The notes under the pieces: generated by a model
Databases searched by the model: none
Told to the model about the DNA's origin: nothing
What the model saw: the letters and a program-made list of their open reading frames with translations, nothing else
Position numbers and translations under genes: made by a program
Part shown: positions 9,561 through 18,598 of the stretch, one piece after another
Numbering within the stretch: position 1 is the stretch's first letter
How the letters are laid out: every line of letters begins with the position of its first letter
From: Parcubacteria group bacterium Gr01-1014_31
Lineage (GTDB): Bacteria; Patescibacteriota; Patescibacteriia; Buchananbacterales; GWA2-38-13
DNA length: 64,000 nt
Assembly: GCA_007376135.1 (NCBI GenBank)
Contig: VMFR01000001.1
Span: 206,554 to 270,553, forward strand
Direction: 5' to 3'

Positions 9561-11201
9561 CTAGGCGCCCGGCTCCGTCACGGTTTCCGTCACATTCACC
9601 AGCGTCCGGCGCCGGCGGCGGAAGGTTTCCGCGAATGCCATGGCTTCCGGCGAACGCATCAATAGCATCATTCCGCCGTAGGTAACCGCGCCCACAAAGG
9701 TGGCCACGGTCGCCTGGGCCGCCACGCCGAGGAACGTTTGCGTGCCCGATAGCGGCGCTATCGCGTACTTTACGAGCTGCACGGCTGTCACCATGACAAA
9801 GGTGGCCAGGGTCATCTTGCCCACCGAAGCCAGCACCGTCCGGCCGTCCATTCCGCCCAGCCGCGCCCGCAGCATGACGAGCAGCACCGCCAGCTGCAAA
9901 ATGTTGGCGAGACTGAACGCGAGGGCGAGCCCCGCGACGCCCAGCGTGCGCGACTGGCCGGGCAGGCTCAGACCCGGTAAAACGATGGCGAGCGTGATGT
10001 TGAGCAGGAAACCGCCGAGCGACGTCAGCAACGGCGTCACGCTGTCGCGCTGGGCAAAGTAGGCGCGCATCAAGAGCGGAATGAGCGCCTGGGCGAACAA
10101 GCTCAGACAAAACATCACCAGCGCGTCGGTCGTCTGCACCGTATCATGCCAGTCGAACCGCCCGCTCCCCAGCAGCCCCCGCACCAGCTGCGCCCGCAAC
10201 GCGACCAAAAGCGCGGTTGCCGGCAGCATCAGGAACAATATCTGGCGGATAGTTTGTGACAGCGTGGCAATGAACCGCTCGCGATTTCCCACCAGCTCCG
10301 ACAGGGTCGGGAACGCGGCAACGGCGAACGAGATGCCAAAGACTCCCAGCGGGAATGATTGCAAATTATTGGCGAACGTGAAGACGGTCAGACTGCCGGC
10401 GCTCAACGACGAGGCGAACACTGTAACTGCGACGAGGTTGAGCTGCGCGATGGCAAGACTGGCGGTGCGCGGACCCATCAGGCGCAGGATCTGGCGCAGC
10501 TGGCGGTCGCGGAGGTCCAACACCCACCCGTAGCGAAACCCGGCCGAGATCAACGCGGGCAGCTGGATGGCCAAATGCAGCCCCGCTCCCAGCACCACGC
10601 CCCACGCCAGTCCCCGGATGCCGAACTGCGGGACGAGAAATAGGGCGCCGGCGATGATGCCAACGTTATAGAGTATCGGCGAGAGGGAAAAAACGAAAAA
10701 TTGCTTCAACGACTGCAGGACTCCCCCCAGCACCGCGGATATTCCCAGCAACAGCGGTGACAGCAACATCACGCGCGTCAGATCGGCCGTCTGCCGCACC
10801 TCCTCGGCGGAAAACCCGGGGGTCAGGAGCCGCGTCACGGGCGTCACGAACGCAAAGATGGCCAGCCCCGCCGCGACCGACGCCAAAGCCACCGTATGCA
10901 GCACGTTGTTCACCAGCCGCCAGGCCGCCGCATGCTGTCCCCCGTCGCGGTTGAACATTTCGGTGAAAATGGGAATGAACCCGGCCGACAACGCCCCGAC
11001 TACGAGCAGGTTGAACAGCAGGTCCGGTAAACGGAACGCCGCGTAGTAGGTATCCAAGAGCGCGTCAGCTCCGAACTCTCCCGCCAGAACACGGTCGCGC
11101 AGCAACCCCAGCGCCCGCGACACGAGCGACATCAACCCGACGACGGCCGCCGCCGACGTGATGCTTTTGCTGACGTTGCCGACCAAGAGACGCCGAAACA
11201 T
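9561..11201 (-). CDS. murJ: Lipid II flippase MurJ (MviN)
   Basis: SRALGLLRDRVLAGEFG, AAFRLPDLL, FPLGVFG, RAYFAQRD motifs; many TM helices. Confidence 0.95.
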   Translation of the reverse strand: MFRRLLVGNVSKSITSAAAVVGLMSLVSRALGLLRDRVLAGEFGADALLDTYYAAFRLPDLLFNLLVVGALSAGFIPIFTEMFNRDGGQHAAAWRLVNNVLHTVALASVAAGLAIFAFVTPVTRLLTPGFSAEEVRQTADLTRVMLLSPLLLGISAVLGGVLQSLKQFFVFSLSPILYNVGIIAGALFLVPQFGIRGLAWGVVLGAGLHLAIQLPALISAGFRYGWVLDLRDRQLRQILRLMGPRTASLAIAQLNLVAVTVFASSLSAGSLTVFTFANNLQSFPLGVFGISFAVAAFPTLSELVGNRERFIATLSQTIRQILFLMLPATALLVALRAQLVRGLLGSGRFDWHDTVQTTDALVMFCLSLFAQALIPLLMRAYFAQRDSVTPLLTSLGGFLLNITLAIVLPGLSLPGQSRTLGVAGLALAFSLANILQLAVLLVMLRARLGGMDGRTVLASVGKMTLATFVMVTAVQLVKYAIAPLSGTQTFLGVAAQATVATFVGAVTYGGMMLLMRSPEAMAFAETFRRRRRTLVNVTETVTEPGA

Positions 11202-11231
11202 TGCCAAGGAAGGACAAGGAAAAAACTGCGG

Positions 11232-12455
11232 TCAGGCGGCTACCGCGGGTTGCTGCGCCGCCGGTGCGGCCTCAACGGGCGGCGGCAGGCGGCGCGCCAG
11301 CGACTGCGAAAGTTTTGCGATCTGCCATTCTTCGTCGGTCGCAATGGTCAGCGCGACGAACGGTAAAAATATCTTCAGCCGCTCTTTCACCAGCGCCCGC
11401 ACCACCGCGCTCCGTTCGCCGATGGCGCCGGAGAACACCAGCGCATCCATCCCGCCCATCACCGTCGCGAACGCTCCAACGTACCGGATAATATCGTAGA
11501 TGAATACGTCCAGCGCGAGCTTGGCCCGCGTCCGATCCTGCGCGGTGAAGGGTTTGGGCGGCTGATAGCCGGTCACCGCATGGCCGGCCGCGCACAGCAC
11601 GTCGCGCAAGTCGCTGGAGTACCCGAACAGCCCCAAGATGCCCGACTGGCGGTTGAGGATGGTCTCCACCACCTCGGGAGACAGGCGTTGCACCTTTTGT
11701 AGGTAGGTCACGACCGTCGGGTCGACGTCGCCGCTGCGGGTACCCATCGTCAGGCCTTCCAGCGGGCTGAAACCCATGGTCGTATCCACCGGAGCGCCGT
11801 TCTTTACCGCCGCCAGACTGCAGCCGGAACCCAGATGCGCGATCACCAGCCGTAACCGTTCCAAGGGCTTGCCGAGGCTCTTGGCCGCCGCTTCGGCGAG
11901 GAATTGATGCGAAATGCCGTGGAACCCATAGCGGCGGATGCCGTACTTTTCCGCATACTCATACGGCAGCGCGTAGATGGCGGCCTCCTCGGGCAGGTCG
12001 GCAAAGTACGCCGTGTCAAACACGCCGATCTGCGGCACGCCAGGGAATAACCGTACGGTCTCCTCAACAACCGCCAGGTTGATGGGATTATGGAGCGGCG
12101 ATATCGCAGAAAGCGCGTGCAGCTGCGTCAGCACATCCTTCGTCAACGCCGTTGGCTTGCGGAATGTTCTGCCGCCGTGGACTATACGGTGTGCAGCCGC
12201 CCGCAGACGCTCGCCCCAGTGGTTGAGGTGGCTGCGAATCTCGCGCAGCGCTTGCTGGTGCTGGGCGACCCCCCCGGGAAAATTTCGCCGGATCATGCGG
12301 CCCGAGGATGTCTCGTGCACCTCCAAGGTGCTGCCGGACAACCCGATGCGCTCCATCTGGGCAGCTACCTGCAGCGAGAGGTCGCTGAGTTTAAAAATTT
12401 TGACCTTCAGGGTCGCGGAACCGGCGTTGACCACCAGGAGACAATCACGGGACAT
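11232..12455 (-). CDS. ackA: Acetate/propionate kinase
   Basis: VVNAGSATLK, HRIVHGG, PLHNP, VFDTAYF, RRYGFHGISH, HLGSGCS, MGTRSGD, TDEE. Confidence 0.95.
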   Translation of the reverse strand: MSRDCLLVVNAGSATLKVKIFKLSDLSLQVAAQMERIGLSGSTLEVHETSSGRMIRRNFPGGVAQHQQALREIRSHLNHWGERLRAAAHRIVHGGRTFRKPTALTKDVLTQLHALSAISPLHNPINLAVVEETVRLFPGVPQIGVFDTAYFADLPEEAAIYALPYEYAEKYGIRRYGFHGISHQFLAEAAAKSLGKPLERLRLVIAHLGSGCSLAAVKNGAPVDTTMGFSPLEGLTMGTRSGDVDPTVVTYLQKVQRLSPEVVETILNRQSGILGLFGYSSDLRDVLCAAGHAVTGYQPPKPFTAQDRTRAKLALDVFIYDIIRYVGAFATVMGGMDALVFSGAIGERSAVVRALVKERLKIFLPFVALTIATDEEWQIAKLSQSLARRLPPPVEAAPAAQQPAVAA

Positions 12456-12562
12456 AAATATAATTCAAAAGGCAAAAATCAAAGGGTAAAATTATGGAGT
12501 CCCGCCCTTGGCGGGACGACATAATATCCTAACTTTTGACTTTTGCATTTTGACTTTTGCAT

Positions 12563-13126
12563 TCACTTCACGATCGTCCCCCATTCCCCGGCCCGGATGC
12601 CGGCCGCATTGGCCTCATCCGTGTCCAAGTGGCAGGCGAGCTTGAACTTCGGATGTATCCGCACGACCACGTCATGGAACGTCAGGGGCCGCGTGCCGTG
12701 CGTACGGACCGACACCGTCTGGCGGTTGCGCAGGCCCAGGCGGGCAGCCGCGCGCGGGTCGCAGTGGATATGGCGGTGCGCGATAATGACGGCCTTGCGT
12801 CGCACCCGCCCCTTGGGGCCGATAAGTTCGCACAGCACCCGCGGCGCCGAGCTGTTGCCGAAGTAGGTCACCGGTGGATTAACGCCCAGGTGCACAGCCA
12901 AAGTCTTTGGTATCTCCACCTGGGTATGGGGACGTTCCGGGCCGACGATGCGCGCGGTGATCTCTCCCGTGCCGATGCGGATACGCACGTTCTCGGCCGC
13001 CGCATATTGTCCCGGCTGGGAGATCGACCGCCGAGGCCGCAAACGATAGCCGCGGCCAAAAAGGATGGCAACGTCTTCGCCGGTCACGTGACAATGGTGT
13101 GCCGAGACTTCCAGGCGTACGCGCAT
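12563..13126 (-). CDS. pduL: PduL-type phosphate acyltransferase
   Basis: SAHHCH, SQPGQYAA, GPERPHTQVE, IAHRHIH, HLDTDEANA. Confidence 0.9.
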   Translation of the reverse strand: MRVRLEVSAHHCHVTGEDVAILFGRGYRLRPRRSISQPGQYAAAENVRIRIGTGEITARIVGPERPHTQVEIPKTLAVHLGVNPPVTYFGNSSAPRVLCELIGPKGRVRRKAVIIAHRHIHCDPRAAARLGLRNRQTVSVRTHGTRPLTFHDVVVRIHPKFKLACHLDTDEANAAGIRAGEWGTIVK

Positions 13127-13295
13127 ACAGGTACTAAGCTGAGGTTATTGAGAAATAGCTGAAAGTTGGAAAAATTAGCCTTCGAGCCCGGTCGAGAAGC
13201 GAATAATTCTGGTAACTTCTCGACTCCGCTCCGCTTCGCTCGAAGGATAACTGATTTTTCTATGTTTCATGTTCCAAGTTTTAAGTTCCACGAGA

Positions 13296-14315
13296 TCACC
13301 GCGCCCGCCGCAGCTGCGCGGCCAGCTCGGCTCGGGTCAGAACGCCGTGCTGCGCGCCGACCTTGGTCAGGACCGATGCGGCGTTGGTCACACCCCAGCG
13401 CAGCGCCAGCGCCACGTCGCCCTTGGCAAGCTGCAGGCCCGCGATGAACGCCGCGCCGAACGCGTCGCCGACGCCGGTCGTGTCGGCCTCCTTGCGCCGC
13501 AACGCCTTCTGGCGGTACACCTTGCCGGCGTGCAGCGCGTACACCCCATGCACCCCGTCGGTAATGACCACGTGCTTAGGCCCCCAATCGCTCAAAATGT
13601 TGAGCAGGTACAGCGGCTTGTTCAGGAAACTGGGGTTGCGCTTGCCCAACTTAATGCCCGAGAGCACCAACTCAATAGCCTCATCCTTGTTGACGATCAG
13701 CACGCCCGTCATCTTCAGGAACCGTTCCAACGCCCGCCGGCCCGCGGAGATCTGCTCGCCGCCGGGATTCCACGCCACTTTGGCCCCGCTACGCTCCGCC
13801 GCCGCGAACACCGCCCTGATGTTCTGCTGCCAGGCGTCGCCGGTCAGCGCCGTCATATATATCCAACGCGGGCGCAGCCCGCTAAAGCTTCCACTGTCCA
13901 GCCGCAGCCCTTCGGACGCCCCGCGGTAGACGAAAATGACATGGTCGTGCTCGCCCTTGGCCGACGCGATGATGGAGGACATGGCGGAATGGCGCGACGC
14001 ATCCGTCTGTATCCGGGAAGCGTCCACGCCTTGCCGCGCCAGGTCGCTTTTCAGGAACGCGCCCTCGGCGTCGTTGCCCACCCGGCTGATGACCGACACC
14101 CGCAATCCCAGCCGCCGAAAAGTGAGCGCGGCATTACCCGCGCCTCCGCCGGCGCCAAAGTGCGCCTGCGGCACTCTGATCTTGGCGCCGTACTCGAACC
14201 CGATCATCCGCTGCGCCGTCAGGTTGCCGGGGGTCTTGAGCACCTGGCCCTGGGTCGTAAACATGGTCACGTCCCGCACCAGAGTTCCGACCGTTACGAT
14301 GTCGTACTGCGCCAT
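13296..14315 (-). CDS. PfkB-family carbohydrate kinase
   Basis: GGGAGNAA, WNPG, NKDEA, DTTGVGDAFGAAF. Confidence 0.92.
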   Translation of the reverse strand: MAQYDIVTVGTLVRDVTMFTTQGQVLKTPGNLTAQRMIGFEYGAKIRVPQAHFGAGGGAGNAALTFRRLGLRVSVISRVGNDAEGAFLKSDLARQGVDASRIQTDASRHSAMSSIIASAKGEHDHVIFVYRGASEGLRLDSGSFSGLRPRWIYMTALTGDAWQQNIRAVFAAAERSGAKVAWNPGGEQISAGRRALERFLKMTGVLIVNKDEAIELVLSGIKLGKRNPSFLNKPLYLLNILSDWGPKHVVITDGVHGVYALHAGKVYRQKALRRKEADTTGVGDAFGAAFIAGLQLAKGDVALALRWGVTNAASVLTKVGAQHGVLTRAELAAQLRRAR

Positions 14316-14325
14316 AAAAAACGTT

Positions 14326-14715
14326 TTACGCCCTTTTTCCCTTCAAAACCTGCTGCACTTTGTGCACGACCTGGTCGATGGCGATATCGGCCTTCACCAG
14401 GTAGTCGACCGCGCCCAGGTCCATGCCGGTGCGGATCTCCTGTTCCTGGCCCAGGTTGGACAGGATGACCACAGGGATGTTCTTCGTGTCTGCATGCGCT
14501 TTCAGCTGGCGCAAAACGTCAAATCCGCTCTCCCCCGGGAGCAGGATATCCAGCAGGATGATATCGGGCCGCAACTTCTGCAGATGAGACTTGGCCTCTT
14601 TCCAATCCAGGGCGAGGGAGACGGTGTATTGGCCGCCCTCCAGCGCGTCTTTGAGCAAGCGCACCAGGTTCTTATCGTCTTCGATGACGAGCACTTTTTT
14701 TGTGGACCTTGGCAT
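14326..14715 (-). CDS. Single-domain response regulator
   Basis: VLVIEDD, IILLDILLPGESG, ILSNL, YLVKA. Confidence 0.92.
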   Translation of the reverse strand: MPRSTKKVLVIEDDKNLVRLLKDALEGGQYTVSLALDWKEAKSHLQKLRPDIILLDILLPGESGFDVLRQLKAHADTKNIPVVILSNLGQEQEIRTGMDLGAVDYLVKADIAIDQVVHKVQQVLKGKRA

Positions 14716-14745
14716 ACGGTTGGGGTTAATTTACGAACACTTCGG

Positions 14746-16659
14746 CTACCGCTTCGTGGCGACTGGCACGCTGAAGCTGAACACGGAACCGCGGCGGAGC
14801 TGGCTTTCGAACCAAATGTCGCCGCGATGCAGTTCGACGATCGCGCGCGCGATGTACAAGCCGAGGCCGGTGCCCTCGATCTTGCGTTTTAGCACCTCCT
14901 GGGAGCGGAAGAACATCGTGAAGAGCTTGCGCCGCTGGTTGAGAGGGATGCCGATGCCGCTATCCTGCACCGAGAATATCAGATACTGGGGCGACTCGGT
15001 GTGGCGCACGGCCACGCCGAGTTTCCCCGTCAATTGGCGCAGTTCCGTCCCGCTGACCGTCCGCGCGCGCACGGTGACGCGGCCGCGCGGCGGAGTGTAT
15101 TTGATGGCGTTGCTGATGAGATTGGTGAAGACCTGGGCGATACGGCCCGCATCGGCGCTCACGCTGGGCATCCGTTGCGCGCCCACCCATCGCAGCGTGA
15201 TGCGCTTGACGTGTGCGGCCGTACGGAAGCTGTCCAGCACATCGCGGAGCGTCACGGCCAGGTTGGTCGGCTGCGGGTTGATGGAAAACCGCCCCTGCTG
15301 GAGCTTCGCCAGGTTCAACATATCCTTGACCAGGACCAGCTGGCGTTCGTTGTTGCGGTAGATCTGTTCCACCAGGCGGCGCTGTTCGGCGTTCAATTTG
15401 CCGATGGATTCCCGTTTCAGCATCTCCAGGCTCCAGCGGTTCACGCTCAACGGGCCGTTGAGCTCGTGCACGGTGATGGAGACGAACTCGCGTTCGCGCC
15501 GGATGCGCTCCGCGGCGGCCAGGTCTGCCCGGCGGTGGTCGATGGTCTCCTGCACCACCAGCGCCCAGCCGGTAATGACATCCTGGTTGCGCAACGGCAG
15601 CAGCAGCAGGCGGAACGGCGCCAGATGGTCATCTCCCGGCAGGCGCAATTTCGCCTCCATGGAATCCTCGGCGGTCGGGCGGCGTTTCAAGAATTTTATC
15701 AGCTCCGGAGCGTCCACCAGATCGCCGACATAGCGGCTGATGGCCTCGCGATTGAGGCTGAAAAGTTTTGCTGCCGCGCTGTTGCAATGCAGCACGCGGA
15801 AGGCCGTATCCAGGATGAGTACGCCGTCGCCCAGATGCTGGACCATCCGGGAAAGCTCATCAGCGGCGCGCCGCGCGGGAACCGGCACGGGCAGCAGCTT
15901 GCCCGCGAGGGGTTTGCGCGGCAACGCGACCATGAACGTCGTGCCCTCGCCGGGAACGCTGTTAAACACGATCGTGCCGCCCATCGCGGTCACGTAGTGG
16001 CGCGCGATGTAGAGCTCAAGGCCCAGCCCCTCCGTCTGCGAACGGATGGCATTTTCGGCCCGGAAAAATTTTGTAAAGATGTTCTTCTGCTCGCGCGCGG
16101 GAATGCCGATGCCGTGGTCGCGCACGCTGATGAGGATATTCTCCTTCTTGGCCGCGATCTTGATATCGACGCGGCCTTCACGCTTGCCGTACCGGATGGC
16201 GTTGTCCACCAGCACCTGCAGCACCTCTTTCAATTTTATCTGGTCGCTGGTCACCGCGGGCACGCCGTCCTTCGTTTGCACCGCCAATGTGCAGTTGTAC
16301 GCCTTGGCCAGCAGCGAGGATTCCAAAAGCACCGTGCGCGCCAGCGCGGGCACGCTGAACGTGCTGAAGACCACGCTGATGCCGCCCTCCTCAATGCGGC
16401 TGATGCGCAGCAGGTCGCCGACGATGCGCGCCATGAACGAGTTCTGCTGATAGGCGCGCTCCAGGTACTCGCGCTGCTTGATGGTCAGCCGGCCGCTGCG
16501 GCCCGACAGCACGGAATCCAGCGCCCAGCGGATGATGGAGATAGGCGTGCGCAGCTGGTGGCTGGCGACGGTCGCAAAGTCTGCGCGGACGCGGTCACGG
16601 CTGACGGAGAGCGTTGACCAGGCGCCGGGGCCTTGCGGATGCGCTGACGTTGCAGGCAT
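14746..16659 (-). CDS. Soluble histidine kinase with two HisKA-HATPase modules separated by a PAS domain
   Basis: SHQLRTP...DNAIRYG...DHGIGIP...GLGLELY; PAS (DGVLILD..NSAAAKLF); VHELNGP...SNAIKYT...DSGIGIP...GTGLGLY. Confidence 0.9.
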   Translation of the reverse strand: MPATSAHPQGPGAWSTLSVSRDRVRADFATVASHQLRTPISIIRWALDSVLSGRSGRLTIKQREYLERAYQQNSFMARIVGDLLRISRIEEGGISVVFSTFSVPALARTVLLESSLLAKAYNCTLAVQTKDGVPAVTSDQIKLKEVLQVLVDNAIRYGKREGRVDIKIAAKKENILISVRDHGIGIPAREQKNIFTKFFRAENAIRSQTEGLGLELYIARHYVTAMGGTIVFNSVPGEGTTFMVALPRKPLAGKLLPVPVPARRAADELSRMVQHLGDGVLILDTAFRVLHCNSAAAKLFSLNREAISRYVGDLVDAPELIKFLKRRPTAEDSMEAKLRLPGDDHLAPFRLLLLPLRNQDVITGWALVVQETIDHRRADLAAAERIRREREFVSITVHELNGPLSVNRWSLEMLKRESIGKLNAEQRRLVEQIYRNNERQLVLVKDMLNLAKLQQGRFSINPQPTNLAVTLRDVLDSFRTAAHVKRITLRWVGAQRMPSVSADAGRIAQVFTNLISNAIKYTPPRGRVTVRARTVSGTELRQLTGKLGVAVRHTESPQYLIFSVQDSGIGIPLNQRRKLFTMFFRSQEVLKRKIEGTGLGLYIARAIVELHRGDIWFESQLRRGSVFSFSVPVATKR

Positions 16660-16670
16660 GGAAATTCAAA

Positions 16671-17927
16671 TTAGAGGATACGCAGCTGGCTTCCCACCCG
16701 TTCCAGGAAATGCAGCTTGGTCAGCACCATTGCGATGAGCAGCGACAGCACCGCGATGCTCTGCACGATGAGGGTCGGGTGCTGCACGCGGATATGCACG
16801 AAGATATTGAGCAACAGCGCCGCCGCCAAAAAGACCACCAGCGCCATTAGGAAAAAATTAGAGAATGAGAGGACCATGGCGACCAGCTGGTCGGTGCGGT
16901 TCTCTGCGCCCAGAACGAGTATCGGCTCTCCGGCCAACGTGACGGACGGCTCCAGGGTCAGGCCACGCTCCCCGCCGATACTGGCAACCAGCGTCGGCGG
17001 CTCCTGCAGCGGCTGCGGTATCGGAGCTGGAGTTGGGGTCGCGCTCGGCTCCGGCGTCGGGCTGACTTGGGCGACGGGTACCGGCGTCGGCGTCGGACGC
17101 ACGGCCGTCGGACTCGGCGACGGTTGCGGCGTCGGCGTTGCCGCCGGGGCTACCGCCAGCGTCGGGCTCTGCCGCCGGGTCCCGAAAAACTGGACCAGCA
17201 GCTCGGTCTCGCGCCCGGCCAGCGTGCCGTTGACCACGGCCACGCCGATATCCTGGTACCGCGCATTCATGATGTTGGCGCGGTGCGACGGGCTGCGCAT
17301 GAACGCTTCATGAATGGCATCGGCGGACATGAAATCCACGGCCAGGTTCTCGCCCGCGTAGACGTAATCGTACCGCTCGCGGTCAATGAAACTCCAGGGT
17401 TTGCGGCCATCGGGCGTATCGTGCGCGAAGTAATCGCGCGCGATCATATCCTCCCCCTTGCGCAAGGCGCTGGTAACCAGCAGCGGCTCCACCCGCAATC
17501 CGGGAATACCCGCCTCCTCGCGCGACTGGTTCGCCAGGGCCACGATCTCCTGGGCGACGATGCGTGCCAGTTTTGCCGGCGTCGGGAAGTAGAGGAAGAG
17601 CGCACCCGACGCGATGACCTTCACCAGCACGGCCGCGACCGTATACGTCAAGAGGCTGCGCGGCCGCAAGGCGTGCGGGCGGTGGTCGTTGCCGTGGTGC
17701 GGAATGAGGAAATCGCGCAGCAGGCTATGGGAATCGCGGAAGAACTGCCGCCAACCCTCTTTGCCGCTGAACAGCTGTTCCAGCTCGCCGGCCTCCCCGC
17801 GCGCGAATCGCTTGGCGCGCGAAGTAAGCGAAAACCGGCGGGCGATCCACTGGCCTACGCCCACCGCGAGCTCCGCGCCGATAGCGAGCAATGCCAATTT
17901 TTTTCCCCAGGACCCCCGTTTTTTCAT
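16671..17927 (-). CDS. Membrane-anchored CAP/SCP-domain protein
   Basis: YFAHDTPDG, YAGENLA, SPSHRANIM; PT linker; C-terminal TM helices; CPR-typical IPHHGNDHRPHALR. Confidence 0.9.
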   Translation of the reverse strand: MKKRGSWGKKLALLAIGAELAVGVGQWIARRFSLTSRAKRFARGEAGELEQLFSGKEGWRQFFRDSHSLLRDFLIPHHGNDHRPHALRPRSLLTYTVAAVLVKVIASGALFLYFPTPAKLARIVAQEIVALANQSREEAGIPGLRVEPLLVTSALRKGEDMIARDYFAHDTPDGRKPWSFIDRERYDYVYAGENLAVDFMSADAIHEAFMRSPSHRANIMNARYQDIGVAVVNGTLAGRETELLVQFFGTRRQSPTLAVAPAATPTPQPSPSPTAVRPTPTPVPVAQVSPTPEPSATPTPAPIPQPLQEPPTLVASIGGERGLTLEPSVTLAGEPILVLGAENRTDQLVAMVLSFSNFFLMALVVFLAAALLLNIFVHIRVQHPTLIVQSIAVLSLLIAMVLTKLHFLERVGSQLRIL

Positions 17928-18047
17928 TGCTGTAAAAGGATTACCCGATGGGATAAAGTATACCAGATGCGGGGATTTTCATGTCTGTTCATAAATCATG
18001 GTATTATACCAAAAAATGTACTTCCCGTCAATACCCTAAATAACCGC

Positions 18048-18077
18048 CGTAATAAAAAAATCCACTTCATCCGTCTC
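18048..18077 (+). promoter_or_regulatory. Candidate ECF-type autoregulatory promoter (GTAAT...CGTC)
   Basis: cgtaataaaaaaatccacttcatccgtctc directly upstream of the ECF sigma gene. Confidence 0.35.
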
Positions 18078-18094
18078 CTATATTGTGCACATCC

Positions 18095-18598
18095 ATGGGC
18101 CCTGAACAGGCATTCATCCAAGCCTATGACCAATATGCCGACGCCATTTACAGGCATTGCTACTTTCGCGTGCTTGACCGAGAGAAGGCGCGGGACCTGA
18201 TGCAGGAGGCCTTCACCCGCACCTGGTCGTACCTTGCCGACGGCAATGAGGTCGACAACCTACGCGCTTTCCTTTACCGGGTCGCCAATAACCTCATCAT
18301 TGACCAGTCCCGCAAACGGCCGACCGTTTCTCTGGATGAAATTCGGGAGCGCGGGGTCGAACTGGGCAAAACCTCGCCGGAGGACATCGGCAAGCGGCTG
18401 GACCTGCAAGTGGTGGCCAAGGCCCTGCAACAGATCGACCCGCCGTGCCGCGACCTCCTGATACTCCGTTATCTGGATGGCATGCCGCCGCGCGATATCG
18501 CCAAAACCTGCCACCTACCCATCAGCCGCGTCTACGTCCAACTCCACCGCGGCCGTCAGCAGCTCCGTATACTTCTTTCCACCACCTACCATGCGTAA
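18095..18598 (+). CDS. ECF RNA polymerase sigma factor
   Basis: IYRHCYFRV, DLMQEAFTRTW, FLYRVANNLIID, region-4 HTH. Confidence 0.93.
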   Translation: MGPEQAFIQAYDQYADAIYRHCYFRVLDREKARDLMQEAFTRTWSYLADGNEVDNLRAFLYRVANNLIIDQSRKRPTVSLDEIRERGVELGKTSPEDIGKRLDLQVVAKALQQIDPPCRDLLILRYLDGMPPRDIAKTCHLPISRVYVQLHRGRQQLRILLSTTYHA

